Source: Diplonema japonicum
Taxonomy: Eukaryota; Protista; Euglenozoa: Diplonemea
NCBI GenBank assembly: GCA_964019335.1
Contig: OZ025667.1
Coordinates: 1 to 64,000 of the forward strand
DNA: 64,000 nt
Direction of reading: 5' to 3'
The stretch's first letter is position 1. Each line of letters begins with the position of its first letter. This document shows positions 11,365-23,386 of this stretch, in pieces. A model generated the notes under the pieces. It was not told where the DNA came from. It ran no database searches and was given only the letters and a program-made list of their open reading frames with translations. The translations under genes were made by a program, and so were the position numbers.

Positions 11365-11536
11365 GGAGACCGTGGTGGGAGGGGGGTACACTTGTTATTA
11401 TCAAAAAAAAAGGAATGTTGGCAGCGTTGTCTGTTTCAAAAAAAAAGGGGGGGAAAAACTTTTTTTTAACCGTGTTGCGCGCAAACAAAAACAAAACAAA
11501 AAAAAAAAGGGAGACCAAAAAAAGAAAGAAAATGAG

Positions 11537-13062
11537 ATGCCTTCCGACACGGAGCCACCACCGACACGGGGCGGGCAGCATCAGCACCCGTCGTGCCACG
11601 TCTCTTTAAAAGCGGTAATTGCATTCATGTTCCTCGCAAGCACTGCCCTGGCAGGGGGCACCGCGTACAAAGTCGCCGTTCAATCAAGCCAGTTCACGGA
11701 CACAACAAACATGGTCGACCTGGAAGAAACCATCAAGAAGGAGAAAGCAATAATCAACGAACTGCTTGGGGCGAAAACAGCACGCCCGGAGAAGAAAAAC
11801 CTTCAAATGCTGATCCACGACGATGGGGGAGACCCTCCAAGGGCGACAAACATGGTGACAGAATTCACAGATGTCTGTTTGCCCGCACGGGGAGGGGACC
11901 GCTTTGAAAACCCCGTACCGTGGGACCGGAAGAAGAAACTGGAAAAGGGTTGGGGGGACCTTGGGGATGGCCCCGCATTCGTCGTCCTCGATTTGTGCAA
12001 AATGGGGCATCAGCCAAAGGACGCGACATTACTCCACGCTGTGAACCAGGAACGAAAGAATAAAACACCGATCGTTCTATTCGGCAACAAATGCATGTCG
12101 CGTGCGAAGACTTCAAAAGGAACATGGCACGTCCTGAAGGATTGGTTCGATGTTTCCATCGGCATTGAAGAAACTGAAGAAAAAAGCCGCATTGTGTACA
12201 TCGAAGACCATCCCAAGGGAGTCTGTGTGAGGAAGCTTCAGCGCCGTCCTCACCACGAGCCTTTCAGATGGTTGCGAACCGCACGTCAAGCCGATATGTT
12301 TCGAACAGACTTTTTAAAACATTTCAAGATACCTCCCACTGTACGGTTCAAGGTGGGGATCACCGTCTTACGCAGGGGGATAGAGCGGCATTTTGACGAA
12401 GATGTAGTTAACGGTTATGTGCAAGCGTGGGACCCTGAGAGGTTTTCTGTGAGGTACGTGCAGTTTGACAACGACAACAACCCAAGGAACACGGGTGTAG
12501 AGGTGGAGAGGGTGCTGAAGTACAAGGACCAGCTTGCTGTACTGGCGTCGACAGATATTCTTCTCGCGGGTCACGGGGCAGCGTTTTCATCAATTGTTGT
12601 GCTGCCTTCAGGGTCCGCTGCTGTTGAGGCGTTTCCCCACAACTTTCGCTACCACATGTATGCGGAGCTGGCGCTGCTGTTTTCCGTGAACTATTTCCCG
12701 ATCGAGTCCCTGGTGCCTTGGAAGAACAACCGTTCCGGGTGCAGCTCTTGCCCCACTAACGACTTGCTCGCCGTTAGTCAACCTTACCACGCGAATGGGC
12801 TGAAGAACTGTAAGTCGTGCACCCCGCCTTGCAAGAAATGCGACATCAAGTTGGATTGGGAACGGAAATGGGTTCCTGTGGTATGGAACACATAGTAACA
12901 AAACAAAAAAAAAAAAAAAAAAAAAAAAAACAGCTTCGCACTGCCCTTTACACGGTGCAGAACAGCATTTTGGGCAGTTTTAGGAGACAGTTACCCGTAA
13001 CGGAGTGGGAGAAGAAGTATTCGGAGATGGTGCGTGAGGAGGATGATTGGGAAGACGATTAA
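11537..13062 (+). CDS. Glycosyltransferase family 61-like type II membrane protein, 1 intron
   Basis: N-terminal TM anchor; ITVLRR..RHF; QLAVLASTDILLAGHGAAFSSIVVLPSGSAAVEAFP. Intron 12881-12933. Confidence 0.8.
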
Positions 13063-13140
13063 AGAAACACAATAATAGGTTCTATTCTAACTTTAAAAAA
13101 AAAATAAATAAATTGCGTATACAACAAAAAAAGGAAAAAT

Positions 13141-13801
13141 ATGGTGCACGTGTACGAGGGTGTGGAGAGAAAGCGAGTGATAGATACACTAGAGAGCGCA
13201 CGTGAGGAACAGGTCCGCGTCGGGTTAGAAGCAGCCAAGAATGGCGAGGCGCTGCCAGAGAAAAAGCCACTGATGTCTCTGTGTGGCAATATTCAGAAAA
13301 GTGAAGATGACTGTGATAAGTTTTGGGAAGGCAGGAAGCAGCGTTTAAACGACACTATCAGGGCACTGGGTCTCGTCGAACCAGCTTCGCAAGGTGCAGG
13401 GAAACCAGGCACCCCTTACAAGCAGACAGGCACTCCTAACAAACCAACCTACCCTCTGAAAGCCACTCCTGCTAAGCCTACCGCTGCTCCATCCGCGAAT
13501 CCTGGTCAAAAAAGAAAACTCCCGCCTACACCCGGTCCTAACAAAAAATCAGGGCCTCCTCCTTGCACTCCCGATAAGCCTGAAAGGCAAGCGAAGCAAC
13601 CGAAATATCCGTCGAGCAGCATTAAGGTTTCGCATTGGAACAACAGAGCGATGCGCTTCTTGATGGCACAGAGTGCTAGTGGGCACGATTTGTCAGCGGT
13701 ATGTGGGAGGGGGGAAAGGGGGGTGAGAAAAAAAATAGAACTACGTCATGCCCCGTGGTCTTCCTGCCAACATCTTTGCAAGGCCCCCACTACGCCAATA
13801 G
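13141..13801 (+). CDS. Hypothetical Pro/Lys-rich protein, 1 intron
   Basis: Intron 13699-13738 (GTATGT..AAATAG) joins HDLSA|NYVMPRG, giving 206 aa. Confidence 0.6.
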
Positions 13802-14089
13802 GCCAAAAAAAGTAGAGTATTTTGTTTCATTTTTTTTACATAGAGGTCCCCCCCCCCCCCCTTCTTTTACTTCTCCCTTTTTTGTTAATGATTATTATTC
13901 TTATTAAAAAAAACAACTTTAAAATTTTTTCACTCTCCCCCCCCTTTTTTTTCTTGTTGGAAATAGAAAATCTTTAAAAGCTTTTCTAAAAAAAATATAT
14001 CTTATGCGCTACAAAAGAAGGGGGGAAAAAAAAAGGAGGGGAGAAGAGGGGGGTGGCCTTTCGGAGAAGGGGCAACAACAACCAGCAAC

Positions 14090-14992
14090 ATGATGGAAGG
14101 CTCGGAGCTTACAGAAGAGGTTTCGGGGTGTGGGAGGGAGGCGCCTTCCCCAGTGTTTTGTGCACGGAAAGGGAGCGAGGCTGAGGCAGAAGCAGAGGCT
14201 GCGTACCTAAGAGAAACCCTCGACCACGTGGTAGGCGAAGGGAAGAGGATGGAGAGGATTGCCAAGGAGCAGTACACCCTGCGCATGGAAACCGAGGAAG
14301 AGAACAAAGTGTTGAAACAAAAAATGGCGGCCTTGATGCGCGAACTCGACAAAAAAAACACGAGAAGCTACTCACCCCCTGTGATGGAGGGTTCTAAACG
14401 AGCTGAAAGGCATGCACTGTCTGATGGGAAAAGATTACGAGCTGAATTATTATCTTGCCAGAAAAAACTGACCATAGCATCAGCTGAACTGGGAAGGCTG
14501 CAAAGCCAGGTCACTGAATTAAAATGCAACCACGACCAGCAGATAATATCCATCAGGTCGGCATCGGCATCTGTGGTGTCTGAGAAGACAAGAGAATTGA
14601 AAAAGAAATTAGAAGTGTCGGAGGCTTGTTCCAAATCAAACTCTGAGTCACTTGCCACTGCCGTGAACTGCCTTACCTCTGCTCTCTCCAAGCTGGGTGT
14701 CGAGTCGGTCGACCCTTCGCTGGAAGGTCTTTGTGAAAATCTTATCGCTGAGACGCTGAAGCCAGTTCCTTACCACTCGCATCCCCATCCCCGCCACTCG
14801 CATTCCCATCCTCGGTCCGAATCCCCTTACCTGCCCGACAATGAAGTAAGTTCTGTCTCCCCTTCTACCTCCGAGGGGACGCTCCCCATCAGCCATCGAT
14901 CCCCTCCGCCACCTGTGCGTTCCAGTTTGCCGTCCTGGTCAAGAAGCCGAGAATCCTGTTCTCCGCCTAGTTGGTCGTCCCACCAGCTTTAG
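14090..14992 (+). CDS. Hypothetical coiled-coil protein with Ser/Pro/His-rich tail
   Basis: 300-codon ORF free of homopolymers, with heptad-like segments. Confidence 0.7.
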   Translation: MMEGSELTEEVSGCGREAPSPVFCARKGSEAEAEAEAAYLRETLDHVVGEGKRMERIAKEQYTLRMETEEENKVLKQKMAALMRELDKKNTRSYSPPVMEGSKRAERHALSDGKRLRAELLSCQKKLTIASAELGRLQSQVTELKCNHDQQIISIRSASASVVSEKTRELKKKLEVSEACSKSNSESLATAVNCLTSALSKLGVESVDPSLEGLCENLIAETLKPVPYHSHPHPRHSHSHPRSESPYLPDNEVSSVSPSTSEGTLPISHRSPPPPVRSSLPSWSRSRESCSPPSWSSHQL

Positions 14993-15187
14993 ATTATAGA
15001 TTGCCCCCCCCCTTTTTTTTGTTTTATCTTTCTTCCCCTTTTCCTGTTGTGCATCTCGTTTCCCTTTTTCTTTTACTATTAACCCCCCCCCCCCCCCCTA
15101 GATCTTTTTAAAAGAGTGGACTAAAAAGTCTTTTAATGTGCGTTTTGTCTGCAGTTTTAAGTTTCCTAGGATTTTTTTTTTCCAAAA

Positions 15188-16774
15188 ATGACGATCGGTT
15201 CTGTCTTAAACGGCACCGTGCGACCGGCGGTGCTTCTGGCGCTGTTGCTATGCTGGTGGCCTGCGTCTGCAGCGATGATGTTTTACGTCGGCGGGAATGG
15301 GAGGGCTCTGGGGCTGATGTGGTTGATGACGTGGGTGTGGCTGCGCACTAAGGCGGTTAAGCAGCGTGCCGGGGTGCAAGGCCAACCGTGGCTTCCCAAG
15401 AAGGGCTGGGAAGGTGCCACCAAGTTCCACTCCTTCTTCGAGATCTTGCGAGATGGCCCCGATGCCGTGCTGTCCCATGTGATGCTCATAGCTCAGAACT
15501 TCAATTTCGAGACTTTCTCTATGACCTTGCCCGCCCTCACGATCGTCTCTGGGCACACCCCTGCACATGTAAAGCATGTCCTTGAAACACGTTTTGACAA
15601 CTACGTGAAAGGAGGCTACTTCCACAAGGTCTTCTTCGACGCACTCGGTGATGGGATCTTCAACTCCGACGGGCTTCCTTGGAAGAAGGCACGCCGCGCC
15701 TCGTCGCACCTCTTTTCCTCCTGGCAGTTGGAGAACAGGATGCTCGAAGTCTTCCAACGCCACGCACAGCAGCTTGTCGACGTCCTGCACGAGGTCCCCC
15801 AAGGCACGACAGTCGACATCCAGCAGCTCATGTACTGCTACACCTTCGACTGCATTTTCGAGATCGCCTTTGGCCGTGCTGTCAACTCCCTTGGTGGGAA
15901 CGAGGAAGACGTCAGGTTCCAAAAGGCCTTCGATAAGATGCAGGCAATCACAGCGGAACGCTTCTTGTCTGCCACGTGGAGGGTCAAGCGTGCCCTTGGT
16001 GTTGGGTCTGAACGTGAGGTGGCAGAGTCTCTTCGTGTTATTAAAGCGTACGTCAGGAATGTGATCGACGAGAGGAAGAAGGAGAACATGGAGTATGATG
16101 CCTCTGACCTGATCTCCCTTCTGGAGAAGTCCATCCAAGACGAGGAAAATCGAGACTATTCGGACGATGAGATCATCGACTTCATCACGAACTTCACAAT
16201 CGCAGGGAGGGACACCACTGCTGCCGTGTGCACATGGATGTTCTACGAGCTGTCGAGGCATCCTGAACACAAGGCGAAGCTGGAAGAGGAATTCTCGAAC
16301 TTCAGCGATGTGAAGGAAATGCAGTACACCCAGGCTGTGTTCCAAGAGACTTTGAGGCTGTGGCCGTCTGTTCCTCTGGACCTCAAGTTTGCTGTGAACG
16401 ACGACGTGCTGCCATGTGGTGCGAAGGTGAAGGCGGGGAGTGCTGTGATGTTCGCACCGATGCTGTTCAACAGGAACCCTGAGAACTTCCACCGTGCTGA
16501 CGACTTCGTGCCCGAGAGGTGGATGAACGCTGACGGGATGTGTGAGAAGTACGACATGAAGGGTTTCCAGTACCCTGCTTTCAACGCAGGCCCCCGCACG
16601 TGTCTTGGAAGGCACATGGCAGCCGTCGAGGCGAAGACGCTGCTCTCGCATGTGATGTCCGAGTTCGATATCAACGTTGCCCCTGGCTTCGAACCCCAGC
16701 ATGCTTTCACTATAGTGCTGCTGTCCAGGAACGGCCTGCAAGTCACCGTCACTCCAAAGAACCAGAAGAAATGA
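15188..16774 (+). CDS. Cytochrome P450, CYP86/94/704-like (copy 1)
   Basis: LGDGIFNSDG, AGRDTT, ETLRLWPSVP, PERW and heme motif FNAGPRTCLG; N-terminal TM. Confidence 0.95.
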   Translation: MTIGSVLNGTVRPAVLLALLLCWWPASAAMMFYVGGNGRALGLMWLMTWVWLRTKAVKQRAGVQGQPWLPKKGWEGATKFHSFFEILRDGPDAVLSHVMLIAQNFNFETFSMTLPALTIVSGHTPAHVKHVLETRFDNYVKGGYFHKVFFDALGDGIFNSDGLPWKKARRASSHLFSSWQLENRMLEVFQRHAQQLVDVLHEVPQGTTVDIQQLMYCYTFDCIFEIAFGRAVNSLGGNEEDVRFQKAFDKMQAITAERFLSATWRVKRALGVGSEREVAESLRVIKAYVRNVIDERKKENMEYDASDLISLLEKSIQDEENRDYSDDEIIDFITNFTIAGRDTTAAVCTWMFYELSRHPEHKAKLEEEFSNFSDVKEMQYTQAVFQETLRLWPSVPLDLKFAVNDDVLPCGAKVKAGSAVMFAPMLFNRNPENFHRADDFVPERWMNADGMCEKYDMKGFQYPAFNAGPRTCLGRHMAAVEAKTLLSHVMSEFDINVAPGFEPQHAFTIVLLSRNGLQVTVTPKNQKK

Positions 16775-17856
16775 GGGTGTGAAAACCCGACAAAAAAGGA
16801 GGGAGAAAAAAAAGAGAGGGGAAAAAAAAAAAAACGTTACCCGAAGATGCGCTTTCCCTCCCACTTGCAACGTTTGCCTTTTTTTTTTTTTTATCGTTCT
16901 ATTTTTACTTTGAGCCCCCCCCCCACTTCGAACAATAATGTTAATAAGACTAAAAAAAATAAGAAGAGGTACTTGAACTCCATTTCAGGTGCACTATACC
17001 TGAATGGTAATGGAAGGGAGAAGAAGAAAGGGAGGGCAGGAAATAGGGCACCGAGATAAATTCCGAATACTGTAGGGTCTAGGGGGGGGGGGGGGGAGAT
17101 TATGAGGTTTACAGTAGCTCTATTTTCTTGTTTTGCCCTTTTTGTTTAAAGTAAAGTATTTTGAAGAGACACTTCTCCACTTCCAGCAACCCGTGTAATC
17201 CTGTTCCCGAAATCGCTACCTCTTTAGCTTATAAATGAATACGTACAGCCTTTGACGGTGCCTTTTTTTTTTTTTTTTTTTTTTTTTTGATTTAAAAAGA
17301 ATTTAAGACAAGGAGGCTATTAGCAGACATGCCTGATACACACTCAACATATCCCAATTCTGTTGAACCATTTCGTTCATAGAGGGAGGTGTACTTTTAA
17401 AAAAATCCCCCCCCTCCGAAACGGCAGCGGAGGTAAACCTCGCGTCGATTCAATCTTTAAAAAAAAAAGAGAAAAAAAAGAAAAGAAAAAAGAGATCTAA
17501 GAGTCCGGTGTACTTGATTACAGGGCGAGCTGTACTTCTTTTGCATCTCGGGCAAGCAGGATTCTGCGTTGGTGCACTTTGTTCCTGCTTATTTCGTCAC
17601 ACGCTCTTGGCTAGAGTAGCGACAGTACACCTGGCTGTTGACTGTACTTCTTTTTTGTCTCCATTCGTGCTTTCCTTTTTTTTCCCCTTCTTTTTCTTTC
17701 GTTTTTTTTTTTTTGCGACACCCCTTCCCCATCGTCGATTCCTAGCTTCACCCATACCCTGTCTTGAACTTGAACTGATTTATTATTTAGTAATTTACTA
17801 GTCTTTGTTTTCCTATTTTCTACACTTCGCAGGAAACCCAAAATCCACAACACACG

Positions 17857-19443
17857 ATGTCAGCTTCGTCATTCCTTCGTGAAAATGTTCAGCCTACCAT
17901 CCTGTTGGTGTTTTTTCTGGGATGGTGGCCTGCTTCAGCTGCGATAATGTACTTCCTGGGGGGGAGGGGTAAGGTGTTCGGGCCAGCATGGTTAGCGCTC
18001 TGGTTCATGCTGATGTTCAGAGCAGCGCGAAATCGCGCAGGTGTGCAGACACCCCCTTTCTTCCCCCGGAAGGGAAGGGAATCCATCAACAGGCTGTGCC
18101 TCTACTTCAGGATCCTTAAGTACGGTCCTGACGTTGTGCTCCACAATGCTCTTGAAATAGCACGAAGCTTCAACTTCGAGACCTGGTCCATGACCATGCC
18201 CGCCCTCACGATCGTCTCTGGGCACACCCCTGCACATGTAAAGCATGTCCTTGAAACACGTTTTGACAACTACGTGAAAGGAGGCTACTTCCACAAGGTC
18301 TTCTTCGACGCACTCGGTGATGGGATCTTCAACTCCGACGGGCTTCCTTGGAAGAAGGCACGCCGCGCCTCGTCGCACCTCTTTTCCTCCTGGCAGTTGG
18401 AGAACAGGATGCTCGAAGTCTTCCAACGCCACGCACAGCAGCTTGTCGACGTCCTGCACAAGGTCCCCCAAGGCACGACAGTCGACATCCAGCAGCTCAT
18501 GTACTGCTACACCTTCGACTGCATTTTCGAGATCGCCTTTGGCCGTGCTGTCAACTCCCTTGGTGGGAACGAGGAAGACGTCAGGTTCCAAAAGGCCTTC
18601 GACAAGGTGCAGGCAATCACAGCAGCGCGCTTGTTGTCGGCAGCCTGGAAAATTAAACGTGCCCTTGGTGTTGGGTCTGAACGTGAGATGGCAGAGTCTC
18701 TTCGTGTTATTAAAGCGTACGTCAGGAATGTGATCGACGAGAGGAAGAAGGAGAACATGGAGTATGATGCCTCTGACCTGATCTCCCTTCTGGAGAAGTC
18801 CATCCGAGAAGAAGAAGGCCGTGATTATTCGGACGATGAGATCATCGACTTCATCACGAACTTCACAATCGCAGGGAGGGACACCACTGCCAGTGTGTGC
18901 ACATGGATGTTCTACGAGCTGTCGAGGCATCCTGAACACAAGGCGAAGCTGGAAGAGGAATTCTCGAACTTCAGCGATGTGAAGGAAATGCAGTACACCC
19001 AGGCTGTGTTCCAAGAGACTTTGAGGCTGTGGCCGTCTGTTCCTCTGGACATCAAGTTTGCTGTGAACGACGACGTGCTGCCATGTGGTGCGAAGGTGAA
19101 GGCGGGGAGTGCTGTGATGTTCGCACCGATGCTGTTCAACAGGAACCCTGAGAACTTCCACCGTGCTGACGACTTCGTGCCCGAGAGGTGGATGAACGCT
19201 GACGGGATGTGTGAGAAGTACGACATGAAGGGTTTCCAGTACCCTGCTTTCAACGCAGGCCCCCGCACGTGTCTTGGAAGGCACATGGCAGCCGTCGAGG
19301 CGAAGACGCTGCTCTCGCATGTGATGTCCGAGTTCGATATCAACGTTGCCCCTGGCTTCGAACCCCAGCATGCTTTCACTATAGTGCTGCTGTCCAGGAA
19401 CGGCCTGCAAGTCACCGTCACTCCAAAGAACCAGAAGAAATGA
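17857..19443 (+). CDS. Cytochrome P450, CYP86/94/704-like (copy 2)
   Basis: Same motifs; near-identical to copy 1 from about codon 115 to the stop. Confidence 0.95.
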   Translation: MSASSFLRENVQPTILLVFFLGWWPASAAIMYFLGGRGKVFGPAWLALWFMLMFRAARNRAGVQTPPFFPRKGRESINRLCLYFRILKYGPDVVLHNALEIARSFNFETWSMTMPALTIVSGHTPAHVKHVLETRFDNYVKGGYFHKVFFDALGDGIFNSDGLPWKKARRASSHLFSSWQLENRMLEVFQRHAQQLVDVLHKVPQGTTVDIQQLMYCYTFDCIFEIAFGRAVNSLGGNEEDVRFQKAFDKVQAITAARLLSAAWKIKRALGVGSEREMAESLRVIKAYVRNVIDERKKENMEYDASDLISLLEKSIREEEGRDYSDDEIIDFITNFTIAGRDTTASVCTWMFYELSRHPEHKAKLEEEFSNFSDVKEMQYTQAVFQETLRLWPSVPLDIKFAVNDDVLPCGAKVKAGSAVMFAPMLFNRNPENFHRADDFVPERWMNADGMCEKYDMKGFQYPAFNAGPRTCLGRHMAAVEAKTLLSHVMSEFDINVAPGFEPQHAFTIVLLSRNGLQVTVTPKNQKK

Positions 19444-19656
19444 AGAAAAAAAAAGAAGAGAGAGAGAAACAATAACTATCTTTGTCCTTACCTTGCCCAT
19501 TGCTCCCTTTTACTGCAATCTTTAACAATGCCAACGTTGTGAAGAGGAAAGAAAGGAAAAAAAAAAAAAAAAAAAGAAAATAAAGAAAAAAAGGGAGCCA
19601 TTCCGAGGTGCACATTACCCTGGAAGGCAGGTGGAAGACGCCTTTTGTTTAAATTC

Positions 19657-19701
19657 TAGGGCGGCCCTCTAGCGGGGGGCTTGTCCTGTACTTTGAGTTT
19701 T
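19657..19701 (+). repeat. Solo copy of the retroposon 3' end (hairpin plus T-tail)
   Basis: TAGGGCGGCCCTCTAGCGGGGGGCTTGTCCTGTACTTTGAG is identical to 9661-9701 and is followed by Ts. Confidence 0.85.
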
Positions 19702-19980
19702 CTTTTTATATGTATCCTCTCTTATATTTTTTTCTTTTCTCGTGATCTTTTTTTTGTTTGATAAAAATCGTTCTAACCTTTTAATTTATTTAGTACAAAT
19801 GGGGTTACGGGTATTCAAGGGCGAGGGAGTGAACAAGAAAATAAATAAAGCTCCAAATTAATTCTACCTGCATCCTCAGATGGCCACGGGTAGTGAGGGA
19901 ACTAGTTGCTAATTCCCTGTTTTTTTTTTTTGCAACTTGTGATGCCCAATGTAACCCCACCCTTTCAAACCCTGCTTTCT

Positions 19981-20012
<32 letters not shown>

Positions 20013-20448
20013 CCGCTCTTCTCGTAGCTTCACGTAATGGATGTTCTTCAGCCCTGTTACGTGGACCTTCGAAATTTCGATGTGTCACCTCCCACTTGCT
20101 CCAGCAACCAGTTTCGAAGGGGGAAGACAAGGTTGTGGGGTTAAAAAAAAAAAGCAACTGAAAGAACGTTGTTTTGCCCCCCCCCCCCCCCCCCCTTCCT
20201 GTATACTGAGAGACTAGTCTTTTTTGAACCTTAACCTCCATAAGCATCGTTCGTCCAAGGTTTTGGACGATTTGGAGGGCGTGTTTTCAGATGCCTACAC
20301 ACATTCACAGATGAACGTTTAAAAAAAGAAACAGAAAAAAAAAAGAAGCGTCTGCATCCTGCCCCCCCCCCTTTTTTTTCTTAGTTTCTTTTTTCCTCTC
20401 TCAAAAAGTCCCCTCCCCTCCCCCCTGCCCACCGGCGTCTAGAAGTTG

Positions 20449-20479
<31 letters not shown>

Positions 20480-20614
20480 GAAAACAGTTTGTTCCATAAT
20501 ATCTACACAGATTCCTCCCCTTAAATCGTGCCTTTTATTTGGCTCCCTGTTATTTCCCTTCCTCATTTGAAACCCCCCTGTTCCATCACTCTACTTCCTT
20601 TCACAGGTGTAACA

Positions 20615-22409
20615 ATGACGGAGGTTTTCTCCGCAGTAAGTGGGCAGCTCAACGAAGTTGAGGAGCAGACACAAGCGAGCAGTGTGTGGGGACATGAGTC
20701 CATGGGAGGTGTTGAGGTGACGCACACCTACAACGGAAGGGATATCTTCGCGGCATGTCAAGCAGGAGACCTTGGCACTGTAATCTTGCTGTGGTACAAA
20801 GGTGTCTCTGTGGGCGTGAGGGATCCTGCCCAAGTGACACCCCTTCACCAGGCTGCCTATCATGGCTCGTTGAAGATCTGCAGCTTCTTACTCGAACAAG
20901 GTGCGGAGCTGAACCCTATTAACAGCAATGAGAACACACCCATCATGTGGGCTACGACAGGTGGGCATCTCGACGTTGTGAAGTTTCTGGCCTCTAAGGG
21001 CGCGGACCTCAACAAGCAGGACAACAGGGGGTACACGGTGTTGTTCCACGCCGTCCACACCGGGCAGACGGAGATCCTCCATTGGTTGCTGACGAACTAC
21101 GGTGCCTCGTTGAATGTTCACGCGCTGGACCTGCAGAACCACAACCTGTTCCAGTGGGCGGCGTACAAAGGCTTCCTTGGCACCTGCCGCTACCTGCGTG
21201 AGGTCCACAACCTCGATGTTGAGATTGTCGACAACGATGGCCGTACCTCCCTCCACTGGGCCTGCCGTGAGGGGCACTTCACTATTGTCGAGTACCTCCT
21301 GACGCTCGGCGTCACCAAGTCCATCAAGCACCGTGACAGCGACGGCATGACACCTGCAGAGGCTGCTATAAGTAAGATGTTCAACCCCCTTGCCGCAATG
21401 GTAAAGGCTGTTGAGAAATCCGGCAAAGCTGGCACCATGGGCTCCGGGTGCGAGGAGTCAACAGTGATGCTCGCCTTGAAAAACCCGAGGCACCTTCGCA
21501 GTGCGCTGTACGGGTTCATCTTCACGCCTCTTCTGTTCTTCTACGTGTCGCACTACGTCCCTGTGCTGATCGGCTTGTTGCTGCTGCCCGCCTTGGTGAC
21601 TGTAATGCCCACCATCGACACGATGCTTTTGAATAAAGGACAGCCGCCTGTGCGGGCAGGAAACGGTGTTGTGCAGCATCTGGCAACAGGTGATGAGCGG
21701 AACCTGAATTCTGCAGCTGTGCTGATGGCATTTCAAATCCTGCTTCCTTACCACTTCCTGACGGGAGGGGTGGGTGCCTACATCATGGGCGTAAGCCCGA
21801 TGGCGCACAACATAGTACTATACGCAAGTGGGTTGGGGTTCGCACTGTTCCTGCTGACCGGTTTGAAGAGAGCGGGGAAGCCAGACCTACCGAAAGGGGA
21901 TCTTGAGAGTGTGCCGAAGATATCATGCACGCCAGGGGCGTTTTGCTATGAGGCGATGGAGAGGCGTGCGCTTCGGTCGGTGTACTGCCCGTTGAACAAC
22001 AGGTTGGTGGCGGGATTTGAATATTTTTCCGTCGTGACTGATAATGCGATCGGTGACGGCAACAAAGGTCTTTACATTTGCTGGGCGTTGGCTGTCTCTG
22101 CTTGGACACTCACGATGTCCCTCAGCACCCTCTACTGGGCTGTTTACTACGTTGCTGCCCCGAACACTGTCTACACTGTCTGCCGTGTTGTGGGAAGAAT
22201 GCTCGCGTCGGCTCTTCCTGGTGGTGACCCCGCTTCCACGGTGTCGTTTTTCCTCTCGGAGCATGAGCATACGGCGCTTTGGTTGTGCTACGTTGCGTTC
22301 ATTGGGTTTCTCTTTGGGTTGGAAAGGCTTATTTCCCATGGTTATGCCATTTCCAAGGGCATCACGCACTTCGAAGGGAGCTTCCCAGAATGTGGTATGC
22401 GAGAGGGGG

Positions 22410-22440
<31 letters not shown>

Positions 22441-22664
22441 AAAGTTGCTGTAACTGACACGGATCCGCAGTCTGTTTTTGTGAACGGCAAGTCCATGTTC
22501 TCCAAAGGGTCCCCTTTGGCGAACTTTGTTGCGTTCTTGTTCTGTATGTGATTTTTTTTTTATTGAGGGGAACAAAAAAACTTTTTTATTTTCTTGGTAC
22601 AGCTTCGAACAAGAAGTATAACTCGATTTCTGAAGTGGCGTCAACTGCAGAATTTAAGTTGTGA
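20615..22664 (+). CDS. Ankyrin-repeat palmitoyltransferase-like protein (Akr1/ZDHHC17 architecture) with degenerate DHHC, 2 introns
   Basis: TPLH/TPIM/TSLH ankyrin repeats, multiple TMs, CRD-like FCYE..RALRSVYC..LVAGFEYFS..NAIGDGN, ITHFE (TTxE-like) and MFSKGSPLANF (PaCCT-like). Introns 22395-22444 and 22544-22602. Confidence 0.8.
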
Positions 22665-22800
22665 TCGGGGAGAAAGAGAAATTTGTTATTTTTGAAATTT
22701 GGCTTGCTCCTCCTAGTGTTGTAGTGTGGGTTTGTGTTTTCTTTCCGATTTTTCTTTTTTTTTTTTTGTTGTTACTTTTGTCATTGACAGTCAGAATTTT

Positions 22801-22831
<31 letters not shown>

Positions 22832-23386
22832 GTTGTCTCCTCCCTTTCCCCTCTTTTCTTTTTATTCTCCTAGAAATCATATAAAATCCGCTCACCCTTC
22901 CCCCCCCCTTTTTTTTATTTGCCTTGAGTTTTTGTGTTTCGTGGACGAAAAAAAAAAAAAAAAAAAGGAGAGAGAAAAAAAAATGCGCAAACGGGAAGGA
23001 AGAAAAAATCTTTTTGAACAACACAGTTCAAGGGAGATCCTAAATAGAAAAGAAGAATTTAAAAAAAAAAAAAAAAAAAAGCCTTTCCTTTGAATGTTCA
23101 CTTTTTCTTCTCTCTTGTTTCCGTTTATATGAGTTCGTCTGGAAAAGAATGTCAAACAAATGGATGCGGCGGGAACACCGGCAGATTTCTTTAGTAAAAA
23201 AGTAGTCCGGCGCACCATTTTGTGAATAATCAAAACAAAACAAAAACAAAAAAAAAATCGAATTCCCAATTTTTTTTTTCTTTTTTTGACAATTTGAATC
23301 CGGACGAGCTCAGTGCTATATTGTTCTTTTTCTTCCCCCCCCCCTCAAAATTTCTGGCAAAAAAAAAAAAAGAAAACAAAAAAAAA

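Noticed and set aside
15248-19500. Long antisense ORFs (540 and 502 aa) over the P450s, and similar ones over other genes
   Set aside because: Shadow frames produced by sense codon bias; no recognisable motifs.
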